Shown: positions 51,089-61,594 of the stretch, piece by piece
Layout: every line of letters starts with the position of its first letter
Position numbering within the stretch: position 1 is the first letter of the stretch
NCBI GenBank assembly: GCA_038205115.1
Contig: JBBRCE010000011.1
Location: 260 to 64,259, forward strand
DNA: 64,000 bases
Reading direction: 5' to 3'
Source of the DNA: Pirellulales bacterium
GTDB taxonomy: Bacteria; Planctomycetota; Planctomycetia; Pirellulales; JBBRCE01
Translations under genes and position numbers: made by a program
The notes under the pieces: model-generated
What the model was told of the DNA's origin: nothing
The model's database searches: none
Seen by the model: the letters and a program-made list of their open reading frames with translations, nothing else

Positions 51089-52042
51089 ATGAAAACCAGA
51101 CATCTCTGTGGCCGGCAACTGTTGGTCATCACTGTCTTGATGTGCTGCTCAAGCGCTGGCTTTGCCGCGCCGCCAAAACCCGACGTCGCGCTGGCTCCCG
51201 GTGATCACACGCGTAACATTACGGTCGACGGCCGCGAGCGAACCTACCTGGTTCATATTCCGCCCAAGTACGATCCCAAACAATCGACCCCGCTCGTGTT
51301 AGCTCTGCACGGTGCGGCGATGAACGGCCCGATGATGGTCTGGTTTACAGGTCTCAACAAACAGTCCGACGCCGCCGGCTTTGTCGTCGTCTACCCCAGC
51401 GGCAGCGGCATTGGCCCGCTACTCACGTGGAATGCCGGCGGTTTTCGCGGTGCCATGGCCAAGCATCAGCCAGACGATGTGCTCTTCATGCGGCAATTGC
51501 TCGACGACCTCGGCGCTGTTGTGAACGTCGACGACAAACGCGTTTTCGCCACCGGCATGAGCAACGGTGGCATGATGTGTTATCGTTTGGCGGCCGAACT
51601 TTCCGACCGCATCGCCGCCATTGCGCCAGTGGCCGGCACCATCGCCATTGATGAAAGCAAGCCGCAGCGGCCGGTGCCCGTCATTCATTTTCACGGCACC
51701 AAAGACACGTTGGTTCCGTACGATTGGAAGCAAGACCAGTCGCCGGAGTTCATGAAATTCAAAAGCGTAGACGAATCGATTCGAACCTGGGTCAAGTTGA
51801 ATGGTTGCCAGGACAAGCCGGTGGATGAAACGCTTTCCAAACCGGACGATGAGATGGTCGTCACGCGCAGCACGTATGCCGGCGGAAAAGAGGGCGCGGA
51901 GGTTGTGCTGGTCGTCATCAAAGACGGTGGCCACACCTGGCCAGGACAGCGCGCACCGCTAAAATTCCTCGGCAAATCGGCCACCAACATCTCGGCCAAC
52001 CAGCTTCTCTGGGAGTTCTTTCAGCGGCATCCGATGAAGTGA
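51089..52042 (+). CDS. Secreted alpha/beta-hydrolase esterase (PHB-depolymerase/LpqC-like family)
   Basis: Signal peptide MKTRHLCGRQLLVITVLMCCSSAGFA. 'LVLALHGAAMNG', nucleophile elbow 'GMSNGG' and 'HFHGTKD'. Confidence 0.8.
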   Translation: MKTRHLCGRQLLVITVLMCCSSAGFAAPPKPDVALAPGDHTRNITVDGRERTYLVHIPPKYDPKQSTPLVLALHGAAMNGPMMVWFTGLNKQSDAAGFVVVYPSGSGIGPLLTWNAGGFRGAMAKHQPDDVLFMRQLLDDLGAVVNVDDKRVFATGMSNGGMMCYRLAAELSDRIAAIAPVAGTIAIDESKPQRPVPVIHFHGTKDTLVPYDWKQDQSPEFMKFKSVDESIRTWVKLNGCQDKPVDETLSKPDDEMVVTRSTYAGGKEGAEVVLVVIKDGGHTWPGQRAPLKFLGKSATNISANQLLWEFFQRHPMK

Positions 52043-52451
52043 CCGAAGGGTCACGGATGTCGGCCTCTGCCGTGCGTGTTCATAAATCGCCGACGTTTTG
52101 CAAAAATCGCTGCAGGTTTTCTCGCGATGTCGGGTAGAATGTGGCCGTCTGGCAATCTTGCACGGCAAACCCACCTGCAAAGTAGCGCCAATGCCAAGCG
52201 TTTTCGTCGGAACATTCGCGCTTGGGAATGTCCGATACCGTACCGTTCGCTGCCGTGCGTTCGGTTGGAAGATGATTGATTCGCACCAACTCTCAGCAGG
52301 CATCGACACCGGAATCTTTCTGTGTGCCGGTCGGCGAATGATCGGTGCGTTTGCTTGCAGTCATGCCGTCGTTGCTTTTTCAAAACTCAAGTCCGCTGCC
52401 CACTGTCCGATCGCGGCAAATTTGCCGCCAGAATGTGAAGGATTGAACGAA

Positions 52452-53966
52452 ATGCCGCTCAACGAACCACAGTTGTGGTCAGACGACGAACGTTGGCAAG
52501 TGCTGATGGACAGCGTAAAGGACTTTGGGATTTTTCTAATCGACTGCCAAGGCGATATTGCCACCTGGAGTTGTGGCGCCACGCGGTTGCTCGGATTTTC
52601 GAACGACGAAATCGTTGGCAAACCGTACCGCCTGATTTTTACCGCGGAAGATCTGTCGAAGGACCAGCCCGACTTCGAACTGCGCGAAGCCCGCGAAAAA
52701 GGGCGCAGCGAGGACGAGCGCTGGCATCAGCGCCGCGACGGCACGCGATTTTGGGCCAGCGGTGTGGTTACGCCGCTTTGGTCCGCCACGGGCGACCTAC
52801 GCGGCTACGCCAAAGTGCTGCGCGACATCACGGCTCGCAAAATGTCTGAGTTGGCCACGGTGGAAGCCAACCGCGTCAAAGATGAGTTTCTCGCCATCCT
52901 CTCGCACGAATTTCGCAACCCGCTCGCCGCCATCTTGAGCGCTACCGAGCTGTTCAAGGCCGAAAGCCAATCGAACGAAACCGTCGAAGAGGCGGCAGCC
53001 GTCGTCGAACGCCAGGCGCGCACGTTGGTGCGCATGGTCGACGACCTGCTGGACGTCTCGCGCATCAGCAGCGGAAAATTGCAACTCCAGCGGCAGCGCG
53101 TCGAATTGGGCGAGCTAGTAAGCCAAGCGCTCGAAGCTTCGCAACCCGCGATCACGTCGCGCGGCCACGTCGTTCATTTGAACGCTTCTACGGAAAAAAT
53201 CTGGCTGGAGTGCGATCCAATTCGCATCTCACAAATGCTGGCCAATATCCTGGTCAACGCGGCAAAATACACCGAGCCCGGCGGGCAAATCACCGTCACC
53301 TCCAAACTCGAAGGCAACCAGGCGGTCGTTCGCGTTTTGGACAACGGCTCGGGCATCATCTCAGAAATGCTTCCGCGAATTTTCGAACCGTTCGTGCAGG
53401 CAGACCGCTCCAGCGATCGGTCGAATGGCGGCCTAGGAATCGGCCTCTGCCTGGTGAAGCGGATTCTGGAAATGCACGGTGGCAAGGTGGAAGCGTTTAG
53501 TGAGGGAATCGGCAAGGGCAGCGAATTCGTCGTCACTCTGCCGGCGTCCGTGCAACAAACGCCGGAAACGAAATCGCCGCCAACCTCGGATTCCGCTGCC
53601 GCGACGGCCACCCTCAAAATCATCATTGCCGAAGACAACCCCGACACCGCACGCACTCTGGCCATCTTATTGCGGCGCTTCGGTCATCAGGTCACGACCG
53701 TCGCCACCGGTCCCGAGGCGCTCAAACAAGCCGAAGAACTCCTCCCGGACGTCATGATTGTCGACATCGGTTTGCCTGGCATGGACGGGCACAAAGTGGC
53801 CGAAATGATTCGCAGCCAGGAAAAAATGCGGGCGGTGCGGCTGATTGCCGTCACCGGATATGCGCAGGCCGAAGATCAAGACCGCGCGTATCAGGCCGGC
53901 TTCGATCATCACCTGGCCAAGCCGGTCGAATTTAAGATGCTGATCGATTTGCTGCATCGCAAATAG
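52452..53966 (+). CDS. Hybrid histidine kinase (PAS + HisKA + HATPase_c + REC), cytoplasmic
   Basis: The ORF is open from 52098, and the start was chosen at MPLNEPQLW. PAS 'GIFLIDCQGDIATWSCGATRLLGFSNDEIVGK', 'LSHEFRNPLAAIL', 'GGLGIGLCLVKRILEMHGG', and REC 'KIIIAEDNPDTART...DVMIVDIGLPGMDG'. Confidence 0.85.
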   Translation: MPLNEPQLWSDDERWQVLMDSVKDFGIFLIDCQGDIATWSCGATRLLGFSNDEIVGKPYRLIFTAEDLSKDQPDFELREAREKGRSEDERWHQRRDGTRFWASGVVTPLWSATGDLRGYAKVLRDITARKMSELATVEANRVKDEFLAILSHEFRNPLAAILSATELFKAESQSNETVEEAAAVVERQARTLVRMVDDLLDVSRISSGKLQLQRQRVELGELVSQALEASQPAITSRGHVVHLNASTEKIWLECDPIRISQMLANILVNAAKYTEPGGQITVTSKLEGNQAVVRVLDNGSGIISEMLPRIFEPFVQADRSSDRSNGGLGIGLCLVKRILEMHGGKVEAFSEGIGKGSEFVVTLPASVQQTPETKSPPTSDSAAATATLKIIIAEDNPDTARTLAILLRRFGHQVTTVATGPEALKQAEELLPDVMIVDIGLPGMDGHKVAEMIRSQEKMRAVRLIAVTGYAQAEDQDRAYQAGFDHHLAKPVEFKMLIDLLHRK

Positions 53967-54001
53967 CCATCCATACAACCGATCAAAAAGATTCGTCGCT
54001 C

Positions 54002-56749
54002 ATGAAGACGCTGTTCGTTACGCCGGCGGTCCTGCTGGCCATGTCGTGTCTGGCCAACACGTTTGCCGCCCAACCCGATTGGTTGCTGCGTGGCCAAAAT
54101 TATCCAGCGACGGTGGCCGAAGTCGGCGATACGGTGGTCTTGGATAACGGCCTAGTCAAGCGAACAATTCGCACCAAAAACGGCAGCGGCACAATTGGCT
54201 TCGATAATCGCTTGACCGGCGAGCAATTGCTGCGTTCCGTGCGTCCCGAAGCGCTGCTGAACATCGACGGTACGGATTACGCCGTGGGCGGTTTGGTGGG
54301 CCAACCGATTCAGAACTATTTGAATCCCGATTGGCTCGCCAAGATGACGCCGCAGCCAAACGCGTTTGTGCTGGACCGCACCGAATTCGGTAAGACTCAA
54401 CAGCGCTTTGCCTGGAAAAAGCGTCCAGAATGGATGCCCAAAGATTTGCCGTGGCCAGCGCCCGGCGTATCGGCCACGCTCTTCTATCGCGCTCCGGCCG
54501 AGGGCTTTGTCGGCGCCGCGCCCGCCCGCAAGGTGCTGTTGGCGGATGACTTCTTGCAGCAAAAACTCGATCCCGCCTGGACCGCCCATTACAGCAAAGC
54601 GCACGATCGTACTTCGTTCGAAAACGAAGGCAAAGTCGGCGAGATCATGGCGCTGCCGCAAACATTTGCCGCGGTCGAGCGCGACTTGCCCACCGGCACG
54701 CAAATCGTGCAATGCAAAATCGATCCCGGCACCGATCGAGGCGGCCTTTGGGGCCCGGGCATCGTTTTGATGTATCCCGAAAAAAATATCAAATTCAATC
54801 TGTTTGCAATCAAGCAGAAGTTTGCGGTCCTCGATGAGCCGGCCGAGAAATATCAGGACGGCAAATCGTATCTGTTGCGGATGCGAATCGTGCCTGGCGC
54901 CGTGTTCTGCGAATCGTCGCTGGACGGCAAGGCGTGGAGCCTGGTCCGCAAAGTCGATGTCGCAGGCACGCCACGGTCCGTGCGGTTAGGCAAAACCGGA
55001 CGCGATGGCGCTCTCGTCGATAACGACAAACCGTCGGCCGAAAAAGCCGAACTCGGCCGCTGCAAATTCGACGAATTCCGCGCGTTTGGCGAGCAACTTC
55101 CGCCCACCGACAAAGGGCCAGTTGGCCTGCAGGTTGAAGTTCACTACGAACTGTTCGACGATCTGCCGCTGCTCAGCAAGTGGATTGTCGTTCGCAACGG
55201 CGGTGAGTCGACGGTGCGGGTGAAATCGTTTGTGGCGGAAATGTTAGCCCTGACGGAATCGGAATCGACGGTCGACGAAAACACCACCTGGAATTATCCC
55301 AAGCTGCATGTCGAGACCGACTACGCCTTCGACTCGATGAACATCCGCGGCGCCAACGCGGCGGTTTCCGTCGGCCCGGATCCGCAGTACAAGACGCAGG
55401 TCAATTACGGCCTGAAAACACCTTGTTTGCTGCAATGCAAGCCGCCGCTGGGGCCAGATTTATCGCTGTCGGCCGGCCAACAGTTCGAGTCGTTTCGCGT
55501 TTTCGAATTGGCCTTCGACTCGACGGACCGCGAGCGCAACGGCCTGGCCATGCGACGAATGTATCGCTGCATTTCGCCGTGGGTCACCGAAAATCCGATT
55601 CTGATGCACGTTCGTGACGCCAAGCCAGAAGCCGTGAAATTAGCCATCGACCAGTGCGCTGACGTCGGCTTCGAGATGGCCATTTTGACGTTCGGGAGCG
55701 GATTCAATTACGAAAATGCGGATCCCGTGTATCAGGCGAAAATCAAGGAATTGGTCGACTACGGCAAGTCCAAAGGCGTCACGCTGGGCGGCTATTCGCT
55801 GCTGGCCAGCCGTAAGGCTGGCACTCCGCAGGATAACACGCAGGGCGTGCCGGCCCGGTTTGGCGTGATGCCCTGTTTGGGTGCGCAGTGGGGCATCGAT
55901 TATCTCAAGCAACTGCAACATTTCATGGAAGTCAGCGGACTGGCTGTGCTTGAGCACGATGGTTCGTACCCCGGAGATCGCTGCGCCGCCACCAATCATC
56001 CCGGACATCATGGGCTGGAAGATTCGCAGTGGGTGCAATGGCGAGGCATCACCGATTTCTACAAAACGTGTCGCGCCCGTGGTGTGTATCTCAATATTCC
56101 CGACTGGTACTTCCTCAGCGGCGGCAGCAAGACCGGCATGGGCTATCGCGAAGTCAATTGGTCGTTGCCGCGTGAATATCAGGAAATCATCGAGCGGCAA
56201 AATATCTACGACGGCACTTGGGAAAAAACGCCCAGCATGGGCTGGATGTTTGTGCCGCTCACGCAATATCACGGCGGCGGCGCGGCTGCCACCATCGAAC
56301 CGCTCAAAGATCATCTGCCGCATTACGATCTACGCATGGCCAACCTGTTTGGCGCCGGCGTGCAGGCCTGCTACCGAGGGCCACGGCTTTACGATGCGGA
56401 TCAGACCCGAACGCAAGTTAAGAAGTGGGTCGATTTTTACAAAGCACACCGCCAAATTCTCGATGCCGACATCATCCACCTCCGCCGCGCGGACGGCCGC
56501 GATCTCGATTATTTCTTGCATGTCGATCCGCTCGGCAAAGAAAAGGGGTTGCTGATGATCTACAATCCCTTGCCCACGCCAGTAGCCAAAACGCTCTCGA
56601 TTCCGCTCTACTACACTGGACTGACTGACTCGGCGAATGTTCGCAACGCCGACGGCGGCACAAAAGCCTATCCGTTGGATCGCGCCTATCACATCGACTT
56701 GCCGGTCGCGATTCCGAGCAACAGTTACAGTCATTTCGTGATCCAGTAG
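54002..56749 (+). CDS. Large secreted protein of unknown function (possible carbohydrate-active enzyme)
   Basis: 915 aa with a signal peptide (MKTLFVTPAVLLAMSCLANTFAA). No motif confidently recognised. Confidence 0.6.
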   Translation: MKTLFVTPAVLLAMSCLANTFAAQPDWLLRGQNYPATVAEVGDTVVLDNGLVKRTIRTKNGSGTIGFDNRLTGEQLLRSVRPEALLNIDGTDYAVGGLVGQPIQNYLNPDWLAKMTPQPNAFVLDRTEFGKTQQRFAWKKRPEWMPKDLPWPAPGVSATLFYRAPAEGFVGAAPARKVLLADDFLQQKLDPAWTAHYSKAHDRTSFENEGKVGEIMALPQTFAAVERDLPTGTQIVQCKIDPGTDRGGLWGPGIVLMYPEKNIKFNLFAIKQKFAVLDEPAEKYQDGKSYLLRMRIVPGAVFCESSLDGKAWSLVRKVDVAGTPRSVRLGKTGRDGALVDNDKPSAEKAELGRCKFDEFRAFGEQLPPTDKGPVGLQVEVHYELFDDLPLLSKWIVVRNGGESTVRVKSFVAEMLALTESESTVDENTTWNYPKLHVETDYAFDSMNIRGANAAVSVGPDPQYKTQVNYGLKTPCLLQCKPPLGPDLSLSAGQQFESFRVFELAFDSTDRERNGLAMRRMYRCISPWVTENPILMHVRDAKPEAVKLAIDQCADVGFEMAILTFGSGFNYENADPVYQAKIKELVDYGKSKGVTLGGYSLLASRKAGTPQDNTQGVPARFGVMPCLGAQWGIDYLKQLQHFMEVSGLAVLEHDGSYPGDRCAATNHPGHHGLEDSQWVQWRGITDFYKTCRARGVYLNIPDWYFLSGGSKTGMGYREVNWSLPREYQEIIERQNIYDGTWEKTPSMGWMFVPLTQYHGGGAAATIEPLKDHLPHYDLRMANLFGAGVQACYRGPRLYDADQTRTQVKKWVDFYKAHRQILDADIIHLRRADGRDLDYFLHVDPLGKEKGLLMIYNPLPTPVAKTLSIPLYYTGLTDSANVRNADGGTKAYPLDRAYHIDLPVAIPSNSYSHFVIQ

Positions 56750-56818
56750 CGCCGCTGGCGCTCCGCCTCTCGCGTGCTTGCCGCCGCAGTCACGGCCAAC
56801 GCGATCGCGCATCTGTGC

Positions 56819-56960
56819 GAATAATCTGCGTTCATCTGCGTCACCTTGGTTGCCTGCTCGATCCAATCGCAGCAATAGCAACGAACTGGTGGCGATCTTT
56901 GCCGGCAGAACGTCACGATGACGCGGATGAACACAGATAAACGCAGATGGGTCGCAGATG
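56819..56960. repeat. Imperfect inverted repeat (~25 bp arms, ~65 bp spacer) 70 nt downstream of the 915-aa gene
   Basis: Left arm 'aatctgcgttcatctgcgtcacc'. Right arm 'gatgacgcggatgaacacagat', about 22/27 bp complementary. Extra 'cgcagatgg' direct repeats on the right. Confidence 0.5.
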
Positions 56961-56992
56961 GCAACTCCTGACGTCTCGCCATTTTTGCGCCG

Positions 56993-57020
56993 TTGACTTT
57001 TCATGGGAATGTAGTATACT
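56993..57020 (+). promoter_or_regulatory. Orphan near-consensus sigma70-like promoter (TTGACT-N16-TATACT) inside a 2.1-kb gene-free region
   Basis: ttgact at 56993-56998 and tatact at 57015-57020. No plausible CDS lies downstream. Downstream hairpins are 'ctcgcgggc...gcccaacgcgag' and 'ccccggtactccgggg'. Confidence 0.4.
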
Positions 57021-58841
57021 GTTGTTCATATATCTCGCGGGCGGAAGGTCTGCCCAACGCGAGACAACGGATTTGAGGCCAACCCAGGGCTCTGACAACT
57101 CAGCGTGCAAAGGCGGGCACAACACCCGAGCGAAAAATCGAGTTCGAAGCATTCAAGGCAAGCTGCCTGAACGGCGTACTGCGTGTTAAGCGCAGCGCGT
57201 CCACTCCGCTTCTCCCTTCGCCCCGGTACTCCGGGGAGATGGGCCGGGGATGAGCGGCCGAGTTGACGATCTGTCAATTCGCGTGCGTTGTTACGCAAAG
57301 CGCTACGAACCTAGTTTTTCCGTCGGCAATTCGCCGGCATTTGCATGAGACTGGTTGCAAGAGATGTCGCGTGGATGGTTTGCTAGACAAAAGTAGATTC
57401 GCCGGTGCGCTGGCGAATCGAAATCGAACCGACACGCGGCCGCAGTAAATAGCCGAATCCCCGTTGAAGCTCTTTGACAACTTAACCGGCGGTCGCCTGC
57501 GCCTATGCAAGCCTGGCGACCGCTCACACACTCCGATTTGCAAACATGCGATTCGGCGCGCAGCGCTTTGCGCTTGCGCGCCGCTGGCAGAACGTTCGCA
57601 ATGTTGCCCGCTCGTTGTCGCCCTGGCCGACCGTAGCCGACGCAGCCTGCGACGGTGGATCGGACGCTTGGCGCTGGGTCAGCGAATGGTTTGCCGTTCG
57701 GGATGATTGATAAGTCAGCGGCGGTTGAGCCCCAACTCAGCCGACGCTGGCAGCGTCGCCCACGACAGACTCGCCTCAGCGCGTACAAGCGTCATAAAAT
57801 CGCAATCGCAATTCGGAGTGACGGGCCTGCGGTCCGCCCTGCGGCTGCGAAAAAAGTGCGTCCTGCGGGCGTTGTGTCCTCACTGTCCACCGCGATTATC
57901 GAGGTCAAAACCGTTGCCAAGTCGTTACCTGCAGCAACTTTGCAGTGCAGAAATCGCCCGCACTGGCGAAAAACTTTATCTCCCCACCGCCCCTCGTTTC
58001 GCTCCTCAGTCGCTTTCGACTTGTGGCTGGCGGTTTGGAAGCCGGACCCTACGATCGGCACAGCCTGCCGAAAAGGCCATTCGTTTGGCTGGAAATCGGC
58101 CGATTTTGACCTAGAATTAAGTGGCCGATTTTGAAAGAATGAGGCGGTTGGATGAGTTTTTTCCCTCCTCAATTTCGTAACGCCCTCCCGCCTGCCCCCG
58201 CTGCATTTCCATGAGTTTTTCGGCCACGCAATCCGCTGACATGGGCTCCTTGCCCGACCAATACAGCCATTGGCGGCTTGAGCGTCGCCAAGACGGCGCC
58301 GTTGTGGTCCGTGTTCCGTCGGGCAAATCGACCGCCGCGCCGCTGCCGGACGCTGTATTTGCATTTCGCGCTGGCGATCCTCAGTTCGGCTTTTGGGAAG
58401 GCCTGCTGCGGCAGCGTCAGAGCTAGCCGACGGGATGATCTTGCAGGACTACCTGCCGGATGATTTTGCTTTATCGCCTTGCGGATTGATTGGCAGGCTG
58501 ACCTGCTGGGCCAATTTCGCAGGCTGACCTGCTAGGAACCACGTGGCAGGATTGCCATCCGGGCTTCTTCGCCGGATGCAGGTGCTGGCGAACATGTGCG
58601 CTCGTCCGGCCTTGCTGGCCGGTGCCGCTGAACCGCAAAAATATTCCTTCGGGCGGTTTGACATTCGGCCGCGGCGCGCACTCGGGCGGCGAAAGAAAAA
58701 AAATAAATAATATCTTAAAAAAAGCTGGTCGGGTGACGTCATTTAGATAGAATACACGCGGCCACCCGCCTCACGCAAATCGCTCCGGCGACGATCCCTC
58801 CCAGCGTTTACCTGCCCGCCTGTCTGACACACGGTGCTCTG

Positions 58842-61478
58842 ATGTCCCGCCTATCTGCGCCTGCGCGGTCGAGGACTTCGACTGCAATTTGTTTGACGTT
58901 TATGGTGAGCGTCGCTGGGCTGAGTCTAACTCGCGCCGCGGAATCGACGCCCGAGTTAGCGGTGAAGTCTGTCGCGGCCTCAGAACAGCCAGCGGCAGAA
59001 TCTGCCGTGCATACGGCCGCCGCCGATCAAACGCCGGTCGCCGCGGTACGGCCGCGCATCGATCAGCGTTTTGCCGCCAACACGGACGAAGTGCCTGACT
59101 TTCGTCGACATGTGCTGCCAATGTTTGGCCGCTTGGGCTGCAATGGCCGCGCCTGCCACGGTTCGTTTCAAGGGCAAGGCGGTTTTCGGCTGTCGCTGTT
59201 CGGTTACGACTTCAAAGCAGATCACGACGCCATTTGCCAGGGCAAAGAGCCGCGTGTAAATCCCGCGGATCCCGCCGCCAGCTTGATCATCCAAAAGCCC
59301 AGCAAACAAGTCGATCACGAAGGTGGCCGACGATTTGCCGTCGACAGTTGGCAGTATCGCGTACTGTTGAGTTGGCTGCAGGCCGGCGCGAAAAGCATTG
59401 CCGCCGATGGTCCGGAGTTTGGGCGACTGGAAGTGCTGCCGCGGGAGGTTGTGTTTGCCAAGGCCGGCGAAACGCGGCAGATGACGGTCATTGCGCATTG
59501 GGCGGATGGATCGAGCGAGGATGTCACGCCAATCTGTCGCTACCGCACCAACGATGATAGCATTTGCAAAGTCGATGAAAACGGACTGATCGTTTCGCTC
59601 GAAAAAGGTGATACGCACGTCGTCGCATTTTACGACAACGGTGTGCAGCCAATCTCCGTGTTGCTGCCGGTTTCCGACGCTGTCGGGCCAAAATATCCTC
59701 AGGTCGCCACACCCACAAAAGTCGATGAGCTGGTAGTCAACAAGTTGCGCAAATTGGGCATCATTCCGGCCGATTTGGCTGACGACGCGGAATTTCTGCG
59801 GCGCGTAACGCTGGACATCACCGGCACGCTGCCCACAACTGCGGCTTTGGAAGCGTTTTTGGCCGACAGTTCGTCCGACAAGCGTGCCAAGCAGATCGAC
59901 CTGCTGCTTGAGCGTCCCGCATATGCCGCCTGGTGGACGACCAAGCTGTGCGATATTACGGGCAACTCATCGGCCAACTTGCAGAACAGCCAGCAGTACG
60001 TGCAAGACGGCGCTGCGCCGGCAATGCAATGGTACTCGTGGATGAACAAGCGGGTCAAAGAAAACATGCCTTACGATCAAATCGTCGCTGGCATCGTCTT
60101 GGCGGTGAGCCGCGAACCGGGGCAGGACTACGAGCAATACTGTGAGAAAGCCACTTCGCTAGTTCACGATAATGGCGACGAATTCGCCAAGCGTGAGACC
60201 ATGCCCTACTATTGGGCGCGGAAGAGCGTGCGAAAACCAGACGACATGGCGCTGGGCTTTGCATATGCGTTTCTCGGCGTGCGGATGCAGTGCTCGCAAT
60301 GCCACAAACATCCGTTCGATCAGTGGACCAAGCAAGACTTCGATCAGTTTGCCAACTTTTTCAACCGCATGGGCTACGGCGTTGCCCCCGATGGCAAAGA
60401 AAAATACAGCCAGCTCATCAGTGAGTTGGGTCTGAAAGAAAAGAAACAGCCCGAACAGAAGAAAGCCGTGGAAGCAGCCTTAGCGGCTGGTAAGTCATTA
60501 CCGATGCAAGAAGTCTTCGTCGGCAATGCGGCCGCGCGTAAACCGCTCGCGGCTGGCAAAGAAATCAAGGTCAAGTCGTCCGGCAAGCTGCCAAGTCCTG
60601 CCGCTTCCGCCAAGTTGCTCGGCGGCGATAAAATCGACCTCACCGAATTGGCCGATCCGCGGCAGGCGCTGATGGACTGGATGCGACACGATCCGGAACG
60701 TTATTTCGCCCGCTCTTACGTCAACCGCGTGTGGGCCGGATATTTCAGCGTCGGCATTATCGAGCCAACCGACGATCTGAATCAGGCGAACCCGCCCAGC
60801 AACAAGGAACTACTGGATTACCTGACGCATGGTTTTGTCGAACACCATTACGACATGAAGTGGCTTCATCGCGAAATTTGCAATAGCCGCGCGTATCAAT
60901 CGAGCTGGAAATCCAATGCCACCAATCGCTGGGACACCCGCAATTACAGCCGTGCCATTCCGCGCCGGATGGCGGCCGAGGTCGCCTACGATGCGGTCGT
61001 GCAAGCCACGGCCAGCGATCAAGACATCGACCGCTTGCAGCAAGAAATGGCGGATCGCGCGATTGGCCCGGGCGTCGACGTGCCGCAAAAAGGTAAAAGC
61101 GCAAAAGGCAATTACGTTTTGACCGCGTTCGGCAAACCAATCCGTGCCACGAATTGCGATTGCGAGCGTTCATCCGACCCGAGCTTACTGCAAACGATTT
61201 ATCTCCGCAACGACAGTGAACTCTATGGCCTGATCGATCGCTCCAGCGGCTGGCTGCGGCAAGTTGCCCCGCCGGGCAAGCCCTCGGCGACCAAGCAACC
61301 CATCGCGCCCGAACTGTTGGCCCGGCAGGCATACATGCGCACGTTGAGCCGACTGCCCAGCGACGAAGAAACGGCCAAGGCGGTGGAGTATTTGTCCGCC
61401 GCGGCGAATCCGACCAGCGGAGTTCGCGACTTGCTGTGGGCGCTTGTCAACACCAAGGAATTTATCGTCAACCACTAA
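58842..61478 (+). CDS. PSCyt1 (Planctomycete cytochrome-c-like) + DUF1549 + DUF1553 protein
   Basis: 'FGRLGCNGRACHGSFQGQGGFRLSLFGYD' (PSCyt1), 'LRRVTLDITGTLPT' (DUF1549), and a long C-terminal DUF1553-like region (CHKHPFDQW). The AT-rich stretch 58690-58730 is likely its promoter. Confidence 0.85.
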   Translation: MSRLSAPARSRTSTAICLTFMVSVAGLSLTRAAESTPELAVKSVAASEQPAAESAVHTAAADQTPVAAVRPRIDQRFAANTDEVPDFRRHVLPMFGRLGCNGRACHGSFQGQGGFRLSLFGYDFKADHDAICQGKEPRVNPADPAASLIIQKPSKQVDHEGGRRFAVDSWQYRVLLSWLQAGAKSIAADGPEFGRLEVLPREVVFAKAGETRQMTVIAHWADGSSEDVTPICRYRTNDDSICKVDENGLIVSLEKGDTHVVAFYDNGVQPISVLLPVSDAVGPKYPQVATPTKVDELVVNKLRKLGIIPADLADDAEFLRRVTLDITGTLPTTAALEAFLADSSSDKRAKQIDLLLERPAYAAWWTTKLCDITGNSSANLQNSQQYVQDGAAPAMQWYSWMNKRVKENMPYDQIVAGIVLAVSREPGQDYEQYCEKATSLVHDNGDEFAKRETMPYYWARKSVRKPDDMALGFAYAFLGVRMQCSQCHKHPFDQWTKQDFDQFANFFNRMGYGVAPDGKEKYSQLISELGLKEKKQPEQKKAVEAALAAGKSLPMQEVFVGNAAARKPLAAGKEIKVKSSGKLPSPAASAKLLGGDKIDLTELADPRQALMDWMRHDPERYFARSYVNRVWAGYFSVGIIEPTDDLNQANPPSNKELLDYLTHGFVEHHYDMKWLHREICNSRAYQSSWKSNATNRWDTRNYSRAIPRRMAAEVAYDAVVQATASDQDIDRLQQEMADRAIGPGVDVPQKGKSAKGNYVLTAFGKPIRATNCDCERSSDPSLLQTIYLRNDSELYGLIDRSSGWLRQVAPPGKPSATKQPIAPELLARQAYMRTLSRLPSDEETAKAVEYLSAAANPTSGVRDLLWALVNTKEFIVNH

Positions 61479-61594
61479 CGCCGGTCGTGCTTCGCCGTGG
61501 CAACGCGGCCGGCAATGACTTGCGGTGATGTCCAGCTTCGCTTCCGATTTCCCACCTCAGCGGCTACGTCAACTTTTATTCAAGGTGTCTGATC

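Noticed and set aside
55640-56323. 227-aa minus-strand and 224-aa plus-strand (55881..56555) ORFs
   Set aside because: They overlap the 915-aa secreted protein gene in other frames or strands. No motifs.
56330-57004. 224-aa minus-strand ORF extending into the gene-free region
   Set aside because: Mostly antisense to the 3' end of the 915-aa gene. The remainder covers the inverted-repeat/promoter element. No coding signature.
57655-58134. 159-aa + strand ORF and 57792..58364 minus-strand ORF in the 2.1-kb gap
   Set aside because: No recognisable domain. Compositionally like the surrounding non-coding sequence. Kept as part of the gene-free region finding rather than called as CDS.
58090-58140. 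Duplicated 'ggccgattttga' motif, considered as a possible CRISPR or REP fragment
   Set aside because: Only two copies with a 12-bp spacer. No array structure or cas genes. Folded into the gene-free region finding.
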